The position numbers were made by a program, and so were the translations under genes. From contig JAACJW010000001.1 of NCBI GenBank assembly GCA_021378525.1, positions 10,115 through 74,114 of the forward strand: DNA of 64,000 nt, in the 5' to 3' direction. Position 1 is the first letter of the stretch. Every line of letters starts with the position of its first letter. Source of the stretch: Ureaplasma sp. Hg2 (GTDB lineage: Bacteria; Bacillota_I; Bacilli_A; Mycoplasmatales; Mycoplasmoidaceae). Shown in pieces: positions 56,583 through 64,000 of the stretch. Under the pieces are notes generated by a model. That model was not told the DNA's origin and did no database searches. It saw only the letters and a program-made list of their open reading frames with translations.

Positions 56583-57104
56583 ATGACTAGTAAACTATTT
56601 AACGAACCCAAATATAGTATTGGAATTATTGTTATCTCAATAGCACTACAATTTTGTTTTGCTATTGCGATTATTTTAAACCATGAAATTGCCCAATATT
56701 TGATTTATGGTGCCATGGTGCCGTTGGGTATTATAGATTTATTATCTATAGTTATTCTTAGTTATATTGTTTATATTGATCGTAAAAAAATAGATATTAT
56801 TGAAATTTTTATAATAGTATTGGGGCATATTTTTTTAGCTTTATGTTTTGCTCAAATCATTATTAACTACACCCAACCCTTCAAAGACGAACAAACGTCA
56901 AATATTACAGGTTTAACATCTGCTGCATTATGAATGATGTTGTTATTGATAGGAATCATGGGCGTTTATAGTTTTATATGTTTTTATAAAAATTTAAATA
57001 TTTTAAAAAGTAATATTAAGATTTCTGTTCTTATTGACGATGAAGATAAAAAGGAAGCCGCTAAAAAACGTGCGTTAAAAGCTGAAAAAAATAGAAAGAA
57101 ATAA
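56583..57104 (+). CDS. Small polytopic membrane protein with basic tail, 173 aa
   Basis: ACGGAG RBS. ORF 56583-56933 extends through one TGA to TAA 57102-57104. Has 4-5 hydrophobic segments. Confidence 0.6.
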
Positions 57105-57108
57105 AGTT

Positions 57109-58182
57109 ATGACAACAAAAGATATAAAATTTGAATTCGATAAAAAAATAATTAATGGGTATTATAGTGCTTCATATTTTTTAAAAACTCAGAAAATCAT
57201 TAAAGAATTTTTACCCGAACAAATTGTAGCTTTACAATTTGTGCATTTCCATGATCGACCAATTCTAATTTGCGGAATAGAAGAAGTGCTTCAACTATTG
57301 AATTTTGCATTAACCACAAAAGAAAGAAACCAAATAACCGTTTATGCTAAGCAAGATGGTGAATTGGCAAGCGCGGACGAAGCCATTTTGATTATTAAAG
57401 GACCTTATCAACTGTTTGGTTATTTAGAAAATTTAATCGACGGGATTCTAGCTCGGCGTTCGTCAGTTGCAACCAACACTCACTATACCTTGAGCGCTGC
57501 AGGCGATTGCAATGTAATTTTCATGGGAGAACGTAGTGATGATTATTTATTGCAAAAATATGACGGTTATGCCGCGTGAGTTGGGGGAATTCGTTCTTTT
57601 GTTACAGAAGCACATGCAGAATTAATTAAACAAGACAAAACTGTAAAAGTAGAGGGAACAATTCCTCATTCGCTAATTCAACAACATCACGGGGATTTAT
57701 TAAAAGCTTTGAATAATTATCAAAAATGCTTTCCAGGCCAACCATTAGTCGGGCTGATAGATTATCACAACGACGTCCTATATGATTTGGAGAATATTAA
57801 ATCAATTTTTAATCAATTAAGTGCAGTTCGAATTGACACTTCAATCCGAATGGTTGATAAATCATTACAAAAAATGGATCCCGATTGATTAAACAGTACG
57901 AAACTTTATGGTGTTAATACTACAATAATGAAATTGGTGAGAGAATATTTGGATAATAATAATGGAAAACACATTAAAATAATTGCTTCTTCTGGTATTG
58001 ATGAAGCACGTATTTTGAAGTTTAAAAAGCATGACGCTCCAATTGATTTATATGGAATTGGATCGTCATTAATTAAACCAACAGTTCATTTTTCTGGTGA
58101 TTTAGTAGCGATTGACGGAAGCTGAGAAGCTAAAGAAGGCCGTAGTATTAAAAAGAATTATAACAAATTAAAGAAAATATAG
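57109..58182 (+). CDS. pncB: Nicotinate phosphoribosyltransferase-family protein, 357 aa
   Basis: Two same-frame ORFs. The gap was hand-translated and holds two TGA. ..YFLKTQKII...LENLIDGILARRSSVATN...GTIPHSLIQ...VRIDTS...SSGIDE...YGIGSSL is the type II PRTase (NAPRTase/QAPRTase) layout. Confidence 0.75.
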
Positions 58183-58225
58183 TAGAATATTTATATTAGA
58201 TTTCAATTAGATAGAGGGTGAATTA

Positions 58226-58396
58226 ATGGCAAGAGGAGTATCAGTAGATGGCGACTTAGAATATGCATTAAAAAAGTTTAAAAGAATTTCTAACGAAACT
58301 AAGAAAGACACTAAGCGTCATGAATATTATTTAAGACCAGGTCTTCGTAAAAAAGAAAAAATTAAAGAAGCTCGAAAAAAACACGCTAAATTTTAA
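58226..58396 (+). CDS. rpsU: 30S ribosomal protein S21, 56 aa
   Basis: Hand-found ORF MARGVSVDGDLEYALKKFKRISNETKKDTKRHEYYLRPGLRKKEKIKEARKKHAKF. GAGGGTG RBS. Confidence 0.9.
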   Translation: MARGVSVDGDLEYALKKFKRISNETKKDTKRHEYYLRPGLRKKEKIKEARKKHAKF

Positions 58397-58425
58397 AAAA
58401 AACCTTATTTATTAAGGTTTTTTTA
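58395..58425 (+). terminator. Rho-independent terminator after rpsU
   Basis: aaaaaaaacctta-tttat-taaggttttttt. Confidence 0.7.
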
Positions 58426-58448
58426 TTTGCCTATTTATAGATGTTGTT

Positions 58449-60452
58449 ATGAAAATAGTTGAACAAAACAGTCTAAGTGAGTGCGGTGTATGTGTAATTA
58501 ATATGCTCGCAAATGAATTTCACCGCAATCATATTAATAAAAATCAAATTCTTAAAGATATTTATTTGCCCGAGAGTGGCCTAAGTATTCTTGAACTCGA
58601 AGAATATGCAATGATTTATGGTGTCGGAATGGAATCGTTTGAAATGGATTTTAAAGAATTTAAATCTTATGAGACAAAAAAATATTTTGTTTTATTATTA
58701 AAAAAGCAAACTGGGTTACACTATGTAATTGTTAAAAAGAAACATCAAGAGTTAATTATTTATGATTCGGTTGAAGGCGTAATTAGCACTAATGTTAATG
58801 CAATTAGCTCCGAATATTGCAATATTATCATTCTTTGTAAAAAAACTAAACCGATAGAAGTAAATTTTGATAGTGATAATTCTTGATGGAAATATATTAA
58901 TTATAAGTATTTTGCTATTAGCATTCTTTTTCAAATGATAATTATTACCTTAACATTACTAGGCGGAACGTTCATGAAGAATATAATAGATATGGCAATT
59001 ACTGATGAATCACTCAATAACCTAGTGATTATAGCTATTATTTATTCTTTTGTTTTCGTGCTTAGTCATTTAGCTGAATGAATTTTGAATTTGTATGGCA
59101 ATTACGAGACGCGCAGATTATATATGATTATGTTTAATATGTTTATTAGGAGAATTGAAAATAAGGAATTTAATTTTTATGATAAAACGCCAATCGCACA
59201 AACTATGCAGTTGAGTTCTTATATGCAAAAGTTGGCTCATTTTTTTGCGGTTGACATAACTCAATTAGTTAGTAATATTTTTTTAATCATTATTGCAGTA
59301 ATAATTCTTAGTATTAGTAGCGTCTGATTTATTTTAATTACTATTGTTGCCACATTTGGTTATTTAGCTATCGCTATTTATGCATATGGTTTTAATAAAA
59401 GTCGAATTAAAATTATTCTTAATAATAACGAGAAAAGTTTTAGCCATCTAAATGAATTTTTAACACTAACTAAAAAAAATCAAAATTATCTTTTGAATAA
59501 TAAATCTTTAGCGATGATTAAAGCTGATAATTATACGAATTATCAGCTTTATAAGAAAAATGTTGATGTTAGTCAAAACAACAACTTTATAACAAATGGA
59601 TTAGACTCTTTGGTTTATGTGTTCATCGTCGTAGTGGGAAGTTTTCTAATTATTAAGGGAGATGTTAATTATAATGTAGCAGTACTAACGTATGCTGTCG
59701 CACTAAATAATATGATAAACCAATCAATTGATGGAATTTTTGGATTTGTTATTAACACCAATGACATTAAGCAAGCAAATGAAATTTATCATAAACATAT
59801 TAAGGTAAACAACTGCAATTCTTTACCTGGGGTTCATTTCGCTAAAATAAATTCAATTAGTTTCTCAAAATTAAACTATGAATATAACAAGCAACAACAA
59901 ATAATAAAGAACTTGAACATGAATATAGTTTCTGACACGCTTATTAACGGTCCTAGCGGCTCGGGTAAGTCAACACTAATGAAAATCCTAACAAGAAGAA
60001 TGAAAGTCGCTAATAACATGGTTTATATAGACGATATAGATATCAATTTTCTTGATAGCTACGACATTAAACAAAATATTATTTATCACAGTAGCGTGGC
60101 GAACATAATAGATTTTAATATTAGTGATCTAATTCAATCACATGATGATAAATTACGGATTAAAATAATTACATTAATAAAGTTGATGCAGGTTAATTTG
60201 AATGCTACTAATTTCGATAATTTAAGTAGTGGTCAAAAGCAAATTATTGCATTGCTACAATTATTACTTTATAAAAACAAGATCATTCTCTTGGACGAAC
60301 CTTTAAGCCATGTTGACCCTGAAATAAAATTATGAATCATCAGGGAATTAAAGCCACTGCTTTTAGAAAGTAATTTCGTTATTTGAGTTAGTCACGATAC
60401 AAGCATTATCCCTTTTTTTGAACATCATCAGGAGCTTTCACATGGTAACTAA
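58449..60452 (+). CDS. Peptidase-C39-domain ABC exporter (PCAT, bacteriocin/peptide-exporter type), 667 aa
   Basis: The N-terminal C39 domain has Q5, C12 (QNSLSECGVCVINML; Cys codon 58482-58484) and H/D (GLHYVIV...IYDS). A six-TM-like region follows, then an NBD with GPSGSGKST, LSSGQKQ, IILLDEP and VSHD. Three same-frame ORFs plus the tail are joined by TGA; checked. Confidence 0.8.
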
Positions 60453-60792
60453 AATAAAATATTTAATGATAACTTTTGTTATTGTGTTAATAACTTTAAT
60501 CGGATTATTATTTGCATTTAAAAAAGAGGAGTTAGCCTCTGGTTATTTTCTAATAAATAATGACGCTACATATATTGTGGGTTCTAATGAAGTTACCACG
60601 TCATTGGAACAACATAATTATCATAAAATTACTTTTTATTATAAAGGAAAAAAATATCAGGAAAATTACTCTTTGGCGGAAAATATTGCGCCCGACACTT
60701 ATTTAATTAATTTTCCATCTGAGATTAATAATATGGATCAAATTCAAATATATTTAGAAACCATAAGTATATTTGACTACATGTTTAAATAG
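60442..60792 (+). CDS. Small N-terminally anchored protein, possible exporter accessory, 116 aa
   Basis: ATG 60442 overlaps the exporter's 3' end by 11 nt. MVTKIKYLMITFVIVLITLIGLLFAF anchor followed by a ~90-aa domain. Confidence 0.55.
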   Translation: MVTKIKYLMITFVIVLITLIGLLFAFKKEELASGYFLINNDATYIVGSNEVTTSLEQHNYHKITFYYKGKKYQENYSLAENIAPDTYLINFPSEINNMDQIQIYLETISIFDYMFK

Positions 60793-60826
60793 AATAACCT
60801 CGCATTTTTTAATGCGAGGTTATTCT
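60791..60826. terminator. Bidirectional terminator (perfect 16-bp stem)
   Basis: agaataacctcgcatt-tttt-aatgcgaggttattct. The nfo stop codon lies in the right arm. Confidence 0.75.
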
Positions 60827-61733
60827 ATTTAATTAGTTCTATTTTAAAATCTTTAAACTTATGATTTCTAATATTTTCTATTTCGTCTTTATAAGGTGCT
60901 ACCGATATTTTCTTTTCAGAGTCTTTAACAACTCACGGGGTTTCTAAAATCTTTATAATACCATTAAATTTTGGATGATAGAGTCATTTTATTAAAGGAT
61001 CAAATCCAATATGGCCATAGCCAATATTTTCATGGCGATCTTTGTGAGCGCCAATGGGGTTTTTAGAATCATTGATGTGGAATAGTTTGATTTGATTCAA
61101 ACCTATTATTCGGTCAAATTCATCTATTACATTTTCAATTTCTTCTATATTATATCCCGCATCATTAACGTGGCACGTGTCAAAACACACACCTACATTT
61201 TGCTTTCGATCAATGCCATCTATTATTGTCTTCAATTCTTCGAATTTTACTCCGACTTCCGAACCTTTACCTGACATCGTTTCTAGGCAAATAACAACGT
61301 TTGTGTCCATTGAGTTAAGTACTTTGTTTAAACCATATATAACTTGATCCAAACCCGTTGCAAGCGATTGATCCAAACGACTACCTGGATGAAGCACGAG
61401 ATATGTGACTCCCAAATCCTCAGCTCGTTTAATTTCCTTAGTTAAAAATTCGATAGCTAGTTCCCGTACTGATGGTTTTCCTGAACATAGATTAATAATG
61501 TATGGCGCATGTATAATAACATTTTTAAGAGGAATGCTATTTTTCTTTAATAGCTCGTGGGCCTCATCTATTTTAAAAGTATTAGTTGGTTTGCGAATGG
61601 TGTTTTGAGGCGCCCCCGTATAAACCATGAGAGCGTTAGCTCCATAGCTTACCGCCTCTATTACGCTACCCAAAAAATAATCCTTAGCTTTTAAGCTAAC
61701 ATGACAACCAATTTTTAAGTTATAATTTTCCAT
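60825..61733 (-). CDS. nfo: Endonuclease IV, 302 aa
   Basis: IGCHVS..HAPYIINL..LVLHPGS..CLETM..CFDTCH..FHINDSK..DRHENIG are the Nfo metal-binding blocks. The tail was hand-translated through two TGA to TAG 60825-60827. Confidence 0.9.
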
Positions 61734-61742
61734 AATACACTC

Positions 61743-62738
61743 CTATTTTTTTAATTCTAATTGAATATCTTTAAAAACATTATTAATTAATTCTGAAGGA
61801 TCGGCATTTTGATATAGAACTCGGTATAAGTTCACCAATAATGGGGCATTCAATTTATTTTTGACAATTATATCGTAAGCTATCTCAACGTTATGATGTC
61901 CTTCGACCGTTTGACCGTGTTCACGTTCTAAAGCGGTTTTAACTCCGAATTTAGAAACCAATTGGCCAAAGCTATAATTTCGAGATTGACTATCTGTACA
62001 TGTTAAAAATATATCTCCGATTCCACAATACTGAAGCAATGATGCTTGCTTTCCTCCGAAAATTTTAACAATATCAGAAATTTCACGGGCTCCTTGAGCT
62101 AAAATAGCTGATAGTGTATTGATTGAAGGATGAAAGGTTTTCATTATTCCAGTAGCAATTGCTAAACAATTTTTAAGCGCTGCACTCAATTCTGCTCCAA
62201 TTTCATCAATCAGTGGTACAGCTAAAAAATAGTCATTGTTAAATAGCAATGATACTTGATGAGCGATTTTCGCATCACAACTAACGACATTTACAATCGT
62301 AGCTTGTTTATGAAATACTTCATACGCAAAACTCGGGCCTATTAATGTAACATAGCCTTTTAAATCCAGATTACTTTTAAAGGTTTTAGACCAAACATTT
62401 TCAGTTTGTGGGTCAAGACCTTTTGCAACATTTATAATAACTACATTAGAGCCAATTAGTTCCTTTAATTGATTGATCATTTGATTGATAAATTTAGTTG
62501 GGATAGCAATAATAATATATTCGCTATTTGTTATTGCATCTTTAAGATTCGAAGTGATTTTTGTTATAGCAAACGAAAGTTTTACATTGCCATAATATTT
62601 TTTATTGTATTTTTGTTTTAGGTCAGCTATTTGCTGTTCATCAATTCCGTACATAGTCACTTCGTGACGATTAGACAAAAGCACTTGTGACAAAGCCGTT
62701 CCTCACGCACCAGTTCCAATAATTGATATTTTAGCCAT
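61743..62738 (-). CDS. gpsA: NAD(P)H-dependent glycerol-3-phosphate dehydrogenase, 331 aa
   Basis: The true start is MAKISIIGTGAWGTAL (ATG 62736-62738; the W is TGA) upstream of track ORF 61743-62693. ..NVAKG.., ..GPSFA.EV... Confidence 0.9.
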
Positions 62739-64000
62739 TATCTATTACCGCCTCTGATACGGGAATTTTTGTCCTTTCAATATAATGTCATTGGTACTTT
62801 ATCTAGACCAAAAACTTCTCTAAGTTTATTTTCAACATACCGTCCATAACTAAAGTGTAGGTATTTAGGGTTATTCACAAAAATAACAAATGTAGGTATC
62901 TGACTTTTAACTTGCGTTGCATATGATATGTTTAAACGGCCGCCCTTAAAACCGGGAGGTTGTTGCATCATTTGCGCCTTTAAAATAGTTTCATTTAACA
63001 AAGATGTTGAAATTTTTCTATTTAATTGTTCTTCAATTGCATCTAAGGTTTCGAAAATTGTATGAACTCGTTTGTTATCGAAAGAACTAATAAAAACAAT
63101 CGGTGCCCAAGCTAAATATTTAAACTTGCTACGTATTAATTTTGTGAATTGATTCATAGTGTAATTATCTTTTTTCACTAAATCTCATTTATTGACCACG
63201 ATAATGGTGGGAATATTAGCGGAATAAGCTAAGCCACCGATAATTTCGTCTTGTTCGGTGAACGGTTCGGAACCGTCGATCATAACAAGGATAACCTTAC
63301 TTCGACGGATAGCGCCTTCAGCTCTGATTACAGAATATTTTTCAACTTGTTCTCTAATTTTACCTTTTCTTCTAATCCCTGCTGTGTCAATTATCGTGTA
63401 TTCTTTATTTTGATACTTAAAATCACTATCAATTGAGTCTCTAGTTGTACCAGCGACATCACTCACAATAACACGTTCTTCACGTAAAATTGTATTTGTT
63501 AATGAAGATTTACCAACATTAGGTTTACCAATAATACAAAATTTGAATGAGTCTTTCCCATTGTTTTCAGGTTCGGCCGGAAGGGTGCCTACAATTTCAT
63601 CGAGCAAATCACCGACACCTATACCATGTTCAGCTGATATCAAAAAAGGTTTACCAAAACCTAGTTGGTAAAATTGATTCATTTTTTCATTAGCTTTATT
63701 TGACTCAGCTTTATTAACGACTAAAATAATCTTTTTAGTTTTCGCATGTTGTTTTAACATTTTAGCGACATAGTCATCATCCATATCGATTCCATCTTTA
63801 TGTGACACGATAAAAATTATCACTTGTGATTCATCGATTGCAAAATTCACTTGCATTTCAATATTATCTTTAAAAGTGGCGTCTTTTACAGTTAACCCGC
63901 CAGTGTCGATTAACTCAAAACGGCGTGTTAGTCATTCGGCATCACCATAAATACGATCTCTTGTTACACCAGGTGTGTCATCAACAATAGATTTTCGTTT
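62738..64000 (-). CDS. der: Ribosome-associated GTPase Der/EngA (N-terminus beyond window)
   Basis: Two GTPase domains (..TPGVTRDR..DTGG.. and GKPNVGKSSLTN..DTAGIR..NKWD) plus a KH-like C-terminus. Pieces are joined by TGA. TAA 62738-62740 overlaps the gpsA ATG (TAATG). The frame stays open to 64000. Confidence 0.9.

Noticed and set aside
1-64000. Apparent massive gene fragmentation or pseudogenisation in the ORF track (topA in 4 pieces, potA in 3, dinB in 2-3, the 38275-42321 gene in 6, the 49620-54713 gene in 3, and so on).
   Set aside because: In every case the pieces are in the same frame. Hand translation of the gaps found only TGA, never TAA or TAG. TGA sits at conserved Trp positions (WCGPC in trxA, GAWG in gpsA, NKWD in der). 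This is translation table 4, not decay.
1-64000. Mobile elements, prophage, ICE or restriction-modification islands.
   Set aside because: No transposase, integrase, recombinase, relaxase or phage structural motifs were recognised in any merged ORF. I noticed no long terminal inverted repeats or flanking direct repeats. The only duplication is the local one at 15061-18010.
1-64000. rRNA, tRNA, tmRNA, RNase P or SRP RNA genes in the intergenic regions (12280-12480, 14013-14352, 33187-33464 and 36534-38274).
   Set aside because: I saw no GC-enriched 70-90-nt cloverleaf-like segment, no GGTTCGA-type T-loop context, no GAGGAAAGTCC (RNase P) box and no tmRNA ends. This is eye inspection only, and covariance-model scanning is needed for a firm negative.

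Overview
This is a gene-dense, AT-rich chromosomal segment from a Mollicutes (Mycoplasma-type) genome that uses genetic code 4 (TGA = Trp). The clearest proof is the thioredoxin active site WCGPC, whose Trp is encoded by TGA at 22283-22285. Most breaks in the supplied standard-code ORF track are therefore artefacts. I merged same-frame pieces only after hand-checking that the gaps contain TGA and no TAA or TAG. That gives about 57 CDS, and I recognised no rRNA, tRNA, CRISPR array, transposase or prophage genes.

Housekeeping genes: ruvA, ruvB, dinB, tlyA, arcC, dprA, topA, trxA, two Cof-type HAD phosphatases, potABCD, udk, rpmF, rpsT, fmt, pncB, rpsU, nfo, gpsA and der (3' partial at the window edge).

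Between these lie lineage-specific genes for large, low-complexity proteins. The main observations are:
1. A 1,348-aa charged protein (38275-42321) carries a Cas9-type HNH module whose catalytic His is Tyr. No RuvC motifs, cas genes or array are visible. It sits directly downstream of a ~1.74-kb region with almost no coding capacity (36534-38274), by far the largest gap in the window.
2. A 1,697-aa protein (49620-54713) fuses a degenerate ABC-type ATPase domain to about a dozen copies of an amphipathic ER(L)AR-I-x-AKE motif, a Pro/Lys block and a Q/N/Y-rich tail.
3. A complete C39-peptidase ABC exporter (58449-60452) has no visible double-glycine substrate gene.
4. Two alpha/beta-hydrolase paralogues both read GHGxG where the nucleophile Ser should be. 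One is fused to an acidic tandem-repeat tail.
5. Two tandem Fe-ADH-fold genes have eroded cofactor or metal motifs.
6. A surface-protein gene lies next to a deletion-derived tandem copy.
7. A 17-nt frame-switching tandem duplication sits in a membrane-protein gene.

All homology calls come from motif recognition by eye. No searches were run.
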